From a virus (Duplodnaviria; Caudoviricetes), in the IMG/VR virus record IMGVR_UViG_3300031852_000001, positions 1,107 through 65,106 of that record: a stretch of 64,000 bases of DNA; one strand, given 5' to 3'. Under the pieces are notes generated by a model. That model saw only the letters and a list, made by a program, of their open reading frames with translations. It did not search any database and had not been told where the DNA came from. Below are positions 48,848-58,048 of this stretch, piece after piece (position 1 is the first letter of the stretch; every line of letters starts with the position of its first letter). The position numbers and the translations under genes were made by a program.

Positions 48848-48906
48848 GGTGACTCCCTGTGTGTGTGTTTGTCTAGGTTCAATATATCGTACTTGACATT
48901 GGTGGC

Positions 48907-48949
48907 AAAGGAAAGGGGAGAGTCGGCGGGCAAGTGCCGACCCTCCCCC
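48907..48949 (-). terminator. Terminator
   Basis: GGGGAGGGTCGGC/GCCGACTCTCCCC then TTTCCTTT. Confidence 0.75.
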
Positions 48950-48957
48950 GCAGGAGT

Positions 48958-49293
48958 CTACCCCTCGGACTCGAACGCCTGCTCGTTGAACACGATGGTT
49001 GCCGACTCGGGCTGGCCGCTGGCGTCCAGGGTTACATACACCGGATAGATGCCATCGCCGGGGGTCTTGATGACGATTCCACCCCTGACACCCAGGGGCT
49101 CGGTGGCGACGTCGGGAACCTCCCCCTCGGCCTTGTACTCACCATCGAACACGCGCTCCACGAACTCATCCCAGCCACCTTCCAGCTTGGCCTCATCGCC
49201 GGATGGCTCGATGACGTAGCCCGGATCCCCGATCAGGATCAGGCCGGCGTCCACTCCAGCATGGCCGGCCAGGAAAGTCTTTTTCTTAGGCAT
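48958..49293 (-). CDS. Conserved hypothetical phage protein
   Basis: GVDAGLILIGDPGY...GDGIYPVY motif. Confidence 0.7.
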   Translation of the reverse strand: MPKKKTFLAGHAGVDAGLILIGDPGYVIEPSGDEAKLEGGWDEFVERVFDGEYKAEGEVPDVATEPLGVRGGIVIKTPGDGIYPVYVTLDASGQPESATIVFNEQAFESEG

Positions 49294-49364
49294 TGTGATA
49301 CTTCCTATCTCACGGACGAATAAGTGTTTGATACTTCACTTGATTACGTAATCAGCGTATCAAG

Positions 49365-49415
49365 AAAAGGGGCATGACCGCACTCCCCCCCAAGTGACAG
49401 GTGCGGCCACGCCCC
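49365..49415 (-). terminator. Terminator after lipoprotein cassette
   Basis: 15-bp stem plus TTTT on minus strand. Confidence 0.75.
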
Positions 49416-49419
49416 GGCT

Positions 49420-49554
49420 TTACTTCCCCCGCCGCTCGGACGGGGGTATTCCAGGACCACCACTCAATGGTGGCCACTGGTCACGATGAAACTCCGGATG
49501 GGAGTACGTGACTGGTGGATCCTCCCGCTTCCCCTCTAGCGGTTGGTCGCTCAT
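49420..49554 (-). CDS. 44-aa peptide coupled to lipoprotein (not in ORF track)
   Basis: TAATG overlap; MSDQPLEGKRED... Confidence 0.4.
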   Translation of the reverse strand: MSDQPLEGKREDPPVTYSHPEFHRDQWPPLSGGPGIPPSERRGK

Positions 49555-50171
49555 TAGAAGGCCCACTCCCAGCCAGCCAGGGAGCCCAGGGACTTGTAGA
49601 CCAGTGTGCCCGTGGTTTCCGGTACGTCGATGACTACCTTGGCCGCTACCTTCTCGGCCGGCCCCATGCCGTTCATGGGGAAACGCTCGGCGTCTGCCAG
49701 GCAGGAGTAGGAGCCAGCCGTGCCCAGGTTGCCGTTGAACGTGGTGCCATTGGCTCCCACAAACTGGAAGTTCGCGGGGTTGATATCGAACTTCGGGTAG
49801 GAGGATTCGGCCAGTTCCGGCAGCGTCTCAGCAACGACGTCCAGCACTACAAAGTGCCCGTTTTCGGACGGTGACGGGTAGGAGCCAGTGCAGGGTGCGT
49901 CAACCGTGATCGCGTTGACCGTGAAGTTCACGATCTGCTTCTTGGTGATCTGATCCGACTGGCCGGCAGGTTCACCAATTGCCTTGATGAGGTTGCCGCG
50001 CGGCGACTTCTTCGGCCCTTCACTGGCCGGCGCAGCAGCGGCCGGCGTAGCTCCGATGCCCTCAACACTGGGAGACGTGGCCGTTGCGGACGGGGTGCCG
50101 CCGCAAGCGGTCAGGCCCAGGCCAGCGGTGGCAATGAGGGCAAGGACGGAGAGGGTCTTGTTGAATTTCAC
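49554..50171 (-). CDS. Lipoprotein (DUF4352-like Ig fold)
   Basis: Signal peptide with lipobox LTA-C; low-complexity linker. Confidence 0.8.
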   Translation of the reverse strand: MKFNKTLSVLALIATAGLGLTACGGTPSATATSPSVEGIGATPAAAAPASEGPKKSPRGNLIKAIGEPAGQSDQITKKQIVNFTVNAITVDAPCTGSYPSPSENGHFVVLDVVAETLPELAESSYPKFDINPANFQFVGANGTTFNGNLGTAGSYSCLADAERFPMNGMGPAEKVAAKVVIDVPETTGTLVYKSLGSLAGWEWAF

Positions 50172-50269
50172 GGGGTGTGCCTTTCGTGCATGTTTGTATG
50201 GCGTGATTGTCTCACGTTGTTACAGATGATTTAGTTATTGACTGGATTATGACTTTGTGGCGTGCTAAC

Positions 50270-50479
50270 TCACACTGCAACCTTCTTCTGGAGCCCGCGA
50301 AGCGTGCCGCAGCGCTTCCTCATCGCGGCCGTTTCCTCCGGGGTGACCTCCGGGTTGTTCATGGCAAGGGAAAGCTCATCGAGTTGCCGCTTCCATTCCG
50401 TGCCCAGGGATTCCCAAATCAGCACCCGTTCCTCATCGGTCAGGACTATGGAGTCAAGCAGTACCGTTCCCTTGCTCAT
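50270..50479 (-). CDS. Hypothetical protein
   Basis: Coupled ORF. Confidence 0.55.
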   Translation of the reverse strand: MSKGTVLLDSIVLTDEERVLIWESLGTEWKRQLDELSLAMNNPEVTPEETAAMRKRCGTLRGLQKKVAV

Positions 50480-50874
50480 TTCCGATCCTCAGGCTTCCGG
50501 TAGTGGGGATCACCGGGCTCCCGGTACCCGATCTTGTTGACGGCGGTCTGTGCTTCCTCCAGCTCTTTCGCCATCTGTTCTGCCAGGCGTGCCGCATTGT
50601 TGATGTGCTGGTTCGCCTTCTTCACAGCATCGGCAGGGTTGGACTTGTCATCGGCGTAATTGTCGAAGTCGATCAGGGATCGGCTCAGACCATCGGCCAT
50701 GTCGGTAAGGAAGTCCCGCAGGTAGTAGCCGCTGGACAGTTTCAGGTTGCCAACGATGCTGTAGACCGTGGGAGCGGTCACGTTGTGCGGCAGCTCCCCA
50801 TGCATTGCCTGGGTTGCGTTGTAGACCTCGTTGGCAGCGTCCTTGACGGGCATCTCTCGTTCGACGTTAGTCAT
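50476..50874 (-). CDS. Hypothetical protein
   Basis: Coupled ORF. Confidence 0.65.
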   Translation of the reverse strand: MTNVEREMPVKDAANEVYNATQAMHGELPHNVTAPTVYSIVGNLKLSSGYYLRDFLTDMADGLSRSLIDFDNYADDKSNPADAVKKANQHINNAARLAEQMAKELEEAQTAVNKIGYREPGDPHYRKPEDRK

Positions 50875-51253
50875 CTGCGTTCTCCACGTAGTAGGAATCT
50901 ATGTTGAGCACCCTACCCTTGCGGTCCATCCACAGCATGACGTCAGCGTTGTAGTCAACGCCCTGCTGCTTGCGAACCACTGCCATCAGGTCATCCTCCG
51001 TGGGGGAGACGTAGACGGCCGGCCGCTGATTCTTGCCGTACTCGAACACCGTGGCCACCCACACCTTGGGCGGCAGCTCGCGGTCAGCCACGGCCGGCAT
51101 GGATGCAACCAGCGCCAGCGTGGCGTGGACCTGAGCCTGAGTGGCCCATGCCAGGCGTGTTGTGGCGTCCGCCGTGTCCGGGTAGTCGCACGCCCCATCC
51201 ACACTCTTGTTGACCAGGCGTTCGGCCTCCCGAACGTGCATTGCGTGTGTCAC
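50867..51253 (-). CDS. Hypothetical protein
   Basis: AQAQVHATLAL phage motif. Confidence 0.65.
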   Translation of the reverse strand: MTHAMHVREAERLVNKSVDGACDYPDTADATTRLAWATQAQVHATLALVASMPAVADRELPPKVWVATVFEYGKNQRPAVYVSPTEDDLMAVVRKQQGVDYNADVMLWMDRKGRVLNIDSYYVENADD

Positions 51254-51516
51254 TGCTCATCCTCCTTTGGAATCATGGCCAGCGCTGCCTCCAGCGCTTC
51301 AATGTCGGCCTCCCTGTTGTCCAGGGTCAAACGGTGGGCTCGAACCTTGCGGCTGACCTTCTCAACGTGGGAGTCAAGCCCCTCCTGCGCCGCCTCCAGC
51401 AGTTCCTCATTGAGGTTCCGGATGGTGTACGTCTCCAGGTCGCGGCCACGCTTGGCCAGGTCCAGCAGTCGCTCCAGCGTGGGCCGGTGTTCCTCGGTCA
51501 GCTCAGAGCTTGCCAT
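51250..51516 (-). CDS. Hypothetical coiled-coil protein
   Basis: RBS GGTGG. Confidence 0.55.
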   Translation of the reverse strand: MASSELTEEHRPTLERLLDLAKRGRDLETYTIRNLNEELLEAAQEGLDSHVEKVSRKVRAHRLTLDNREADIEALEAALAMIPKEDEQ

Positions 51517-51904
51517 GGAATCCACCGCCCGGATTGGTGCCACGGGCACCGAAGAACAGCTCACACTTGGCACTCAGCCGGGGTGTCGTGTCGCCCTGAG
51601 TCTGGCAGGTGTCGTCCAGGTTCCACTCATGCTTGGGGCCGATATCCTCAACCTCGGACACGCACAGCAGCGCCAGTGCCACCGCTGCCCGTGGATTCTC
51701 GGCACCCTGATTCTTGGCTTCCTCCAGCAGAGCGTTGATGAGGGTCTGCCGCTCAGTCTCGCGGCCATCCGACACCCCCACCCCCGGCACCGAATCCTCG
51801 AAAGCCAGGGTAGCCAGGCGCATTGCCACGGACTGGATGGTCAGGTACGTCTTGCCGTGCGCCTCGATCAGAATCTCGGCCGCGCGGGGATCTTTCACGT
51901 CCAT
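51503..51904 (-). CDS. Hypothetical protein
   Basis: AC-rich leader and AAGGA RBS. Confidence 0.6.
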   Translation of the reverse strand: MDVKDPRAAEILIEAHGKTYLTIQSVAMRLATLAFEDSVPGVGVSDGRETERQTLINALLEEAKNQGAENPRAAVALALLCVSEVEDIGPKHEWNLDDTCQTQGDTTPRLSAKCELFFGARGTNPGGGFHGKL

Positions 51905-51937
51905 GTCTGTTTGTTCCTTACTCGTGTGTTTGTGTGT

Positions 51938-52141
51938 TTACTTATTGCGCGGTGGGAGCTTGGGGACTGGAGCCCTAATGGCCTTTACCTGACTGTACTG
52001 GTCAACCCAGTAGGCGATACGCGCCGTGCCGTCAGCACTCCGGTAGTAGCAGTAGTGCATACCGTCGTGCCGCCCGTGAGCAAACTCGAACTGGCAGACA
52101 TACCCGCCGTTGCGGCCCGTGCAGACTCCAGTTGCCGCCAT
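51938..52141 (-). CDS. Cys/His-rich hypothetical protein
   Basis: TAATG coupling; C..C..H.G.H. Confidence 0.5.
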   Translation of the reverse strand: MAATGVCTGRNGGYVCQFEFAHGRHDGMHYCYYRSADGTARIAYWVDQYSQVKAIRAPVPKLPPRNK

Positions 52142-52404
52142 TACTCCCCCTCGTCCTTCTCGGTGTTGAACTTACCCCCATCGGGCAGGCCGGCAGTGCA
52201 GGGGAAGAAGTGGATGGGCCATGCGCCGCTGCCCTCGGCCAGGAAGTCGGAGTTGTAGTCAAGCCACAGCTCGCGCTTGCTCTCAACCTCATCCTCGAAC
52301 CAGTCATGCCCTTTCTTGGCTTTGGGGACGTCGGCGCAGTCGGCGCGGTGCGCTGACACGTCGTAGTCGTCCTGGCCGTTGCCGTTGATGGTTATCAGCT
52401 TCAT
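52141..52404 (-). CDS. Hypothetical protein
   Basis: HRADCADV...PCTAGLP. Confidence 0.65.
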   Translation of the reverse strand: MKLITINGNGQDDYDVSAHRADCADVPKAKKGHDWFEDEVESKRELWLDYNSDFLAEGSGAWPIHFFPCTAGLPDGGKFNTEKDEGE

Positions 52405-52406
52405 CG

Positions 52407-53159
52407 CTACGCCTCCCAGGCGGTGTAGGCGGTGACCTTCTTGCAGCGGACGGCCCGCGTCTTGACCTCGGGAACGTACCGCCCGTTAGCGGCGTCTTGG
52501 GCAGACTCGAAGGACTTGAAGCCCCCGTTGTAGGCGGTGTCCACATGGACCTTGCCATTCTGCGCGGTGACCTCCACGCCGTAGACCTCTTCCACCTTGC
52601 GCGGTGCCGCTGCCGGCTTGCCGGCGTCGGGCAGGAATCCCAGCCCCTCCAGCTCGGACTTCAGTTCCTCCGGGTCAATCTTGAAGTCGCTGTGCTGGTT
52701 GGTGAGGAACTTGTAGTAAGCCACCGCAGCCAGGTCAACCTGCGGCGTCGATTCGGTGTGCCGGTCGTAGATGGTGGAGTCATTCACGTTGACCCGGAAG
52801 TCACCGTTGCCGTCCACCTGGATTACCGGCTTGCTGTCAGTGTCACCCTTGTAGAAGGTGACCTCTAGGTGGTTCTCACCCATGCCGGCAATCTCCACGC
52901 CATCCCCCGAAGCGGTCAGGGCATGTCCGCTCCGCTTGTCCTGCCACTCCTTCCAGGCGGGAGGTTCGGAGGGGTACAGGTTGAATGCGTCGGCCACAAA
53001 CACCTGGCCCTTTTCATGGCAGACGTCGTTGCCGTAGAAGGATTGGATAACCTCAACGATGACGCCGGATTCCCCGTGGAGTCCCAGCACCTTCAGTTTG
53101 ACGTTGCCCTCAGTGGTGATGCCATCGGCCAGCATCCCGGCCCTGAACTCGTGTCCCAT
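52407..53159 (-). CDS. Hypothetical protein
   Basis: 250-aa ORF. Confidence 0.65.
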   Translation of the reverse strand: MGHEFRAGMLADGITTEGNVKLKVLGLHGESGVIVEVIQSFYGNDVCHEKGQVFVADAFNLYPSEPPAWKEWQDKRSGHALTASGDGVEIAGMGENHLEVTFYKGDTDSKPVIQVDGNGDFRVNVNDSTIYDRHTESTPQVDLAAVAYYKFLTNQHSDFKIDPEELKSELEGLGFLPDAGKPAAAPRKVEEVYGVEVTAQNGKVHVDTAYNGGFKSFESAQDAANGRYVPEVKTRAVRCKKVTAYTAWEA

Positions 53160-53461
53160 CAGTACCCAACCTCCGTATCTATGTTGTAGGTGACGGCCAG
53201 TGTGCCGTCCCAGCCGCGCGGGTCTTTCGCGTCGGCCACGTACTCATCCTCGATGCACTTGGCGAACTGGCTTGCCAGTGATTGGATCAGGTCTGTTGGA
53301 TCCTCGTTGGCCGGCGTCTCCACCTTGACCGTGATGATGGACAGGCCACGCTCCCCGAACAGCTCACCCCGCTTCACCCGGATATCGAACTCTTCCCGCT
53401 CAGCCTGGGACAGGTCTGCCCCTTGAATGCGGCGGATCATGTCATCTACCGACTGGCTCAT
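53159..53461 (-). CDS. Hypothetical protein
   Basis: Coupled ORF. Confidence 0.6.
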   Translation of the reverse strand: MSQSVDDMIRRIQGADLSQAEREEFDIRVKRGELFGERGLSIITVKVETPANEDPTDLIQSLASQFAKCIEDEYVADAKDPRGWDGTLAVTYNIDTEVGY

Positions 53462-53820
53462 TGCACGCTTCCTTTCAGCTTCAGCAGCGGGTGCATCTCG
53501 GACAGTGCGGTGGTCAGGTAGGTCTTGATATCCTCCCGGACCTCAGTGTGTGGGATGCCGTACTCAGTGGCCCACTCATCGAAGTCCACCAGCAGGTCAA
53601 CGTGTGCCCGAACAACCTGCCGCTTACTCTTCTTGGCCTGGTTGTAGTGGACACCCAGCCGGTGGCCGATGGTGTACTCCGACGCCCCCGCCCTGACGTC
53701 CTTGGCCAGCAGGTCGAAGATGACCCACTCGCCCTCCACTTCCATAACCACGCCCTCCAGCGTGCCCCGGTAGACCTCAACCGTGACCGGATCGCCGGGA
53801 ATGAATGGGTTAGCTGTCAT
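53458..53820 (-). CDS. Hypothetical protein
   Basis: Coupled ORF. Confidence 0.6.
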   Translation of the reverse strand: MTANPFIPGDPVTVEVYRGTLEGVVMEVEGEWVIFDLLAKDVRAGASEYTIGHRLGVHYNQAKKSKRQVVRAHVDLLVDFDEWATEYGIPHTEVREDIKTYLTTALSEMHPLLKLKGSVQ

Positions 53821-54419
53821 GACTTGTTCATCCTTTCTGCCACTATCTTGATTGCCCGGTCCAGCTCATTGCGGCCGGTGTCGTACTCGCAGCCATCATC
53901 GGCTGCTTTGCTCGCGGGGATGATGTACTCATCCAGCTCATTCAGCCAGCTTCCCGCAGCCTCCAGAACCGTCTTGAGCGCCGACTGGTAAGGGTTGGGC
54001 TCGGTCTTAGGTTCGGACCCCTCCGGAACTCCCGCCCACTCCAGAAGCAGGGTGTCGCCGGGGTCGATGTGCGGGGCCAGGTCTTGCAGCTCCGCTATCT
54101 CCGACGTGCTGATGCGCTCGGCCTCAATCTCACGCCGCAGGTACTCCAGCCGGATCTTGTACGGGCTTACGCCCCTGACTTCCACGGATTCAATGGGCAG
54201 GGTCACCACAAACAGCCCCTTGCCATCGGAGAATACCGGGAACTTGCCCACGGCAGACTGGGGATCCTTCTCCCAGTCGGTCACAAACAGGCTGACCCGT
54301 TGCACGCCAGCCTCATTCTGGAACCCCACAAGGCGCACGGGTTCCTCCTGGGCATCCTTGGTGGCCATGTCGATGGTGTAGGCGGTGCCCTTTTCGAGTT
54401 TGAGTCTTGCAGTTGTCAT
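53817..54419 (-). CDS. Hypothetical protein
   Basis: EIEAERIS..E..ELQ.LA..ID.GD..LLEWAGVPE phage motif. Confidence 0.65.
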   Translation of the reverse strand: MTTARLKLEKGTAYTIDMATKDAQEEPVRLVGFQNEAGVQRVSLFVTDWEKDPQSAVGKFPVFSDGKGLFVVTLPIESVEVRGVSPYKIRLEYLRREIEAERISTSEIAELQDLAPHIDPGDTLLLEWAGVPEGSEPKTEPNPYQSALKTVLEAAGSWLNELDEYIIPASKAADDGCEYDTGRNELDRAIKIVAERMNKS

Positions 54420-54745
54420 GCTGCTTCCCCTTCCTCTTCAGCGTCGGCCTTAGCCAGCTCGGCCTCTTCTGCCACCTCGTACTCATAGTGGCCATTGCCC
54501 CGCTCCGACAGCTCATCGAAGTCCAGGCCTAGCTCCTTGCACAGGTGCCGCAGGTCGCCCAGGAAGTCGCTAATCACTTCCTCCGCATGGTCACGCCCCG
54601 GCCATTCGTCGGGCGTAGTCATGTCAATTACCTGCTCGCTCGGGCTGTGGCGAGTCTCGGCGGCGTAGGCATTTACGCCAGTGCGTGCCCATGACGCGCG
54701 GTTGCCGTTGTTCGGTTCCTCGAACGCTCCATTTACGTATGGCAT
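54416..54745 (-). CDS. Hypothetical protein
   Basis: NRASWA, SDFLGDLRH motif. Confidence 0.65.
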   Translation of the reverse strand: MPYVNGAFEEPNNGNRASWARTGVNAYAAETRHSPSEQVIDMTTPDEWPGRDHAEEVISDFLGDLRHLCKELGLDFDELSERGNGHYEYEVAEEAELAKADAEEEGEAA

Positions 54746-54746
54746 G

Positions 54747-54875
54747 TCAGTTTTCCTCCATAAAGGTCAGGTCTAGCTTGTTGGCACAGCGGGTGCAGCA
54801 TGGCACCGCGCCCAGGATTGGATGGGACACCTTGCCCGCAGCGGGGTTGGTGCAGCGTGCGAACCATTCACACAT
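54747..54875 (-). CDS. 42-aa Cys-rich protein (not in ORF track)
   Basis: MCEWFARCTNPA...HPILGAVPCCTRC. Confidence 0.6.
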   Translation of the reverse strand: MCEWFARCTNPAAGKVSHPILGAVPCCTRCANKLDLTFMEEN

Positions 54876-55384
54876 CAGGACTCCAGCCCCATCGCTTGCA
54901 GGGTGTCCAGTGTCAGCAGGTGCGGGTTGTTCCGTAGAACGTCGTACGCATCCCGCATGTAGTTTTCCCAGCGCTCATCACTGGTCGGGGCCAGTAGGAC
55001 GTGAACCCACTCACCCTTGCCGTGGTACAGCTCGTACAGGTACTCGGCAAGCTCGCGCTGCTTCTCCTGGAACTCTTCCGGCAGCTCATCCCGCAGCTCC
55101 GGGGTCGGGTAGGACATGGGCTCCCACGGGTAGTCATCGTCTACCGGCACGCATTCCTCGGCGTCCCACTTGCCGCTGGCATCGATGTGGAGCCGCAGGT
55201 ACTTGTCGCCGGCCTTGACCGGATCAAGGTACAGCTCTACCGTGTCGCTCTGTTCATGCTCTACGACGTCGGCCTTGCCGTAGCGGTGCCGGCCCGCTGC
55301 TGCCGTGACAGCGATGGTGTTGAGCTGGTCGATGGTTAGGGCCATCTGCTTGCCCCATTCGACGGGGCTAAAGGTGATTTTCAT
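54875..55384 (-). CDS. Hypothetical protein
   Basis: Coupled ORF. Confidence 0.6.
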   Translation of the reverse strand: MKITFSPVEWGKQMALTIDQLNTIAVTAAAGRHRYGKADVVEHEQSDTVELYLDPVKAGDKYLRLHIDASGKWDAEECVPVDDDYPWEPMSYPTPELRDELPEEFQEKQRELAEYLYELYHGKGEWVHVLLAPTSDERWENYMRDAYDVLRNNPHLLTLDTLQAMGLES

Positions 55385-55592
55385 GTCTGTCTATCTCCTG
55401 GGCTTCATACCGCGCCTGCTTCGGGTGCCGTAGCACTGAGACGTAAGCGCGGGTTATGGGATCTGTTGCGATGATTCGGTGCAGCTTTTGGGTACTGAGA
55501 ACATGCTCGATGGCTTGCGTGGCAGTCACGCCCGGTTCATATTCCCGCTGGTCCCGTAGGATCAGCTCTACCGCTACTCGCATGACTGCCAC
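55368..55592 (-). CDS. Hypothetical protein
   Basis: RBS GGAGG. Confidence 0.55.
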   Translation of the reverse strand: MAVMRVAVELILRDQREYEPGVTATQAIEHVLSTQKLHRIIATDPITRAYVSVLRHPKQARYEAQEIDRHENHL

Positions 55593-55608
55593 TGCAAACC
55601 TCCGTTAG

Positions 55609-55624
55609 ATATACGCTTGACGAT
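55609..55624 (-). promoter_or_regulatory. Copy of repeated motif ATCGTCAAGCGTATAT
   Basis: Immediately before GGAGG RBS. Confidence 0.55.
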
Positions 55625-55629
55625 CCAGA

Positions 55630-56043
55630 CTATGCGACCTGCTTGGTGTTCAAGTCCAGGCGGTCCAGCACGGACGGATCCTGCCGCAGCGTGGCGATGG
55701 TGGACTCCCACGCAGCTTCCAGAGCCTTAGCGCTGTAGCGGGGGCAGGGGACGGACTGGAACCGCAGGTTATGGGCGCGGTTCATCGGCTCCCAGCGGCT
55801 CACAGCGAACGCGCTGCCGTCCGGGTTTTCCCGCGCTTCAATGTGGGCGGTGACGCTGAACGCCTTGCCCTCCTTGTAGTGGGACACGGACAGTTCAAGG
55901 TGGATGGTGCTCTTGCCATCCTCGCCGTCGCCCAGCTTGACGGACGCTTCCAGACGGCGGGACGCCTCACCCTTATAGTTGGGCCGGCCTTCCTTCTTGC
56001 CGGTGGCCAGTTCCTCAACGATGGCTGCAAAATCACGGGACAT
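55630..56043 (-). CDS. Hypothetical protein
   Basis: AC-rich leader plus AAGGAG. Confidence 0.65.
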   Translation of the reverse strand: MSRDFAAIVEELATGKKEGRPNYKGEASRRLEASVKLGDGEDGKSTIHLELSVSHYKEGKAFSVTAHIEARENPDGSAFAVSRWEPMNRAHNLRFQSVPCPRYSAKALEAAWESTIATLRQDPSVLDRLDLNTKQVA

Positions 56044-56080
56044 GGTTACTCCTTGTTTGTTTGTTTGTGCTGACCGTATG

Positions 56081-56123
56081 GCCACACCAACCCACGGGAT
56101 GACCCGTGAGTCAGTGAAGCTAG
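56081..56123 (-). other. Conserved intercistronic RNA stem, copy A
   Basis: CUAGCUU-CACUGACUCACGGG/CCCGUGGGUUGGUG-UGGC. Confidence 0.65.
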
Positions 56124-56491
56124 GCGGTGTAGTTGTAAACCCGGAAGGTCACCATGGCACTAACGCCATTGTGCGCTTTGGCCTGATCGTGGTGGAAGAA
56201 CCACACTTTGCCCTCCCGGACCTCATCCGTCAGGGTGAGTGCAGCCTTCTTGATGCTCGGATCGAGTGATCCAGAGTAGGAGACATACCCCTCACCCAAG
56301 TAGTAGGAGCCGTGAGGGAACAGCAGGTCGGAGGTCTGGATCGAGTCGCCCCAATCGTGGGTGAACCGTCGCAACTCAGCCTCGCCGGGGAACCTTACAA
56401 AGTCCCCAACGCGCGGCCCCTCCCGCTTATCCAGCTCGGCCTTTCGGAATGCCAGGATAAATGCGTCCCGCTCATCAAATTCCGGGCTCAT
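56120..56491 (-). CDS. Hypothetical protein
   Basis: GPRVGDFV...SYSGSLDP motif. Confidence 0.65.
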   Translation of the reverse strand: MSPEFDERDAFILAFRKAELDKREGPRVGDFVRFPGEAELRRFTHDWGDSIQTSDLLFPHGSYYLGEGYVSYSGSLDPSIKKAALTLTDEVREGKVWFFHHDQAKAHNGVSAMVTFRVYNYTA

Positions 56492-57135
56492 TTGGTTGCT
56501 CCTTTTGCTTTACGGATGAGTCGCTGCATGTTGTCCAGGACTGTTGCGGGGATTGGTGCCACCAGCCATGCGTTGCCGTACTTGTAGCCCGGTGCAACCT
56601 CGTGGCAGACAACCGTCTCACCCTTGTAGAAGCGCTCCATGGCATCAGCGGGCATGTGGCGGCACCCGGCGTGCATGTCGTTCAGGTGCCACGCCTTCCA
56701 TAGGCGGTGAACATGCTTGATGCCTTCCAGCGTCCAACCCTCGGCCGGCGTGGTGATGTTCAGCAGCTCATCGAGCATCTGCCCCGCGCCGTCCCAGTCA
56801 TCAGACCGCTTGCCCTTGAGCACGGTATGACCGGATGCACTGAAGCGGATCACGGTATCCGTGACATGCTCATGAGTGATAGTCCGCTGCGATGGGTAGG
56901 ACTCACGCTTGGACAGTTCCAAGTGGACATAGACCCGCGTCCCGTTCGCCGTCGTACCCAGCAGGGCATCGGCTTCCATGTCCTGCCACTCGGCAGGTTC
57001 GGTACCCCACCCCTCATCCTTGATGGCGAGGTCAACCGACTTAGTTTGGCTACGGAGAATGTAGGAAAACGCCTGATTCTCAGTGAATGGACCGGCCAGA
57101 AACTCGCCGTCACGAGTCACGTTTACAAAGTTCAT
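56488..57135 (-). CDS. Hypothetical protein
   Basis: WKAWHLNDMHAGC, YKYGNAW motif. Confidence 0.7.
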   Translation of the reverse strand: MNFVNVTRDGEFLAGPFTENQAFSYILRSQTKSVDLAIKDEGWGTEPAEWQDMEADALLGTTANGTRVYVHLELSKRESYPSQRTITHEHVTDTVIRFSASGHTVLKGKRSDDWDGAGQMLDELLNITTPAEGWTLEGIKHVHRLWKAWHLNDMHAGCRHMPADAMERFYKGETVVCHEVAPGYKYGNAWLVAPIPATVLDNMQRLIRKAKGATK

Positions 57136-57172
57136 TGCTACCCCTTGAGGTTGTTTGTGTGTTGATGTAGTT

Positions 57173-57202
57173 ACTCTACTACGTACTTACTTAGTTGGTC
57201 AA
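57173..57202 (-). promoter_or_regulatory. SigA-type promoter
   Basis: TTGACC-18-TAGAGT with AAGTAAGTACGT spacer. Confidence 0.7.
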
Positions 57203-57585
57203 GCCCACTGGACGCCGTAGTACTTGACGTTATGCCCCCGCAGCTCACCCTTGAGTGCATCTTGCATGATGGCATCGGCCCGGTCCAGGTCCGGGGCGTA
57301 CCCATCTATCTCATGCATCTCCCGGCCCCGCTTGATGGTGCCCTTGAATGCCCGGAGCCCTTCCCCTGTGTCAGAGTGCCAGCGGTAGGTACGGATGGCA
57401 CCGCCCACCCATATCTGGCAAGCCTCAGCACCAACCCACCTGAAGCCCTGGGAAAACAGGGCCGATGAGTGATCCAGCACCCGCTGCATCTTGGGCTGGC
57501 CCATATTGCCGCCCGGAATGAGTGCCCAGTAATACCCAGGCTTGGCACCCGTTGCCTTCATGTGATCTGCGAACGTCTCAGTCAC
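57199..57585 (-). CDS. Hypothetical protein
   Basis: Coupled ORF. Confidence 0.6.
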   Translation of the reverse strand: MTETFADHMKATGAKPGYYWALIPGGNMGQPKMQRVLDHSSALFSQGFRWVGAEACQIWVGGAIRTYRWHSDTGEGLRAFKGTIKRGREMHEIDGYAPDLDRADAIMQDALKGELRGHNVKYYGVQWA

Positions 57586-57953
57586 TTTGCAGCCTCCACC
57601 ATGAACACGTTGACCTTGCCGGGGGACAGTGCGGACGGAGCCGTGACGTAACCCGCGCCCAGCTCCACGCCCTCCAGAGCATGGCCCAGGTATGACACCC
57701 GGAAGCCTGACTCCTGCAATTCGGCCGGCACGGATTCAGCGCGGAATGCACCCCATGCCGCCGTACGTTCGATGGGATTGGTGCCGCACACCTTGTTACC
57801 GTGAATCCAGCAATCCCACCCCGGATCATCTTCCTGGATCTGGACCGATGCCACCGGCTGGACCGGCTGGACGTGCTGGACCGGCTCCGGTGCAGCGCAC
57901 CCCATCAGTGCAGCAGCTACAGCGATAACACTTGCAAGTACCTTGAGTTTCAT
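57582..57953 (-). CDS. Small lipoprotein
   Basis: Lipobox LMG-C; EDDPGWDC...GNKVCG motif. Confidence 0.7.
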   Translation of the reverse strand: MKLKVLASVIAVAAALMGCAAPEPVQHVQPVQPVASVQIQEDDPGWDCWIHGNKVCGTNPIERTAAWGAFRAESVPAELQESGFRVSYLGHALEGVELGAGYVTAPSALSPGKVNVFMVEAAK

Positions 57954-57997
57954 TGCATCCCCTTGAGTTTGTGTGTGTGTTTCATGCAGGCCATATA

Positions 57998-58044
57998 GCC
58001 ATACCAACCACCGGACATTGCAGCCCGGTAGCCAGTAAAGCTAG
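57998..58044 (-). other. Conserved intercistronic RNA stem, copy B
   Basis: CUAGCUU-UACUGGCUACCGGGC/GUCCGGUGGUUGGUA-UGGC. Confidence 0.65.
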
Positions 58045-58048
58045 GTGG

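Noticed and set aside
47343-52258. Long opposite-strand ORFs such as 47343..48593, 50831..52258, 6050..7087 and 23331..24386
   Set aside because: Shadow ORFs of GC-rich genes with no RBS or recognisable motifs
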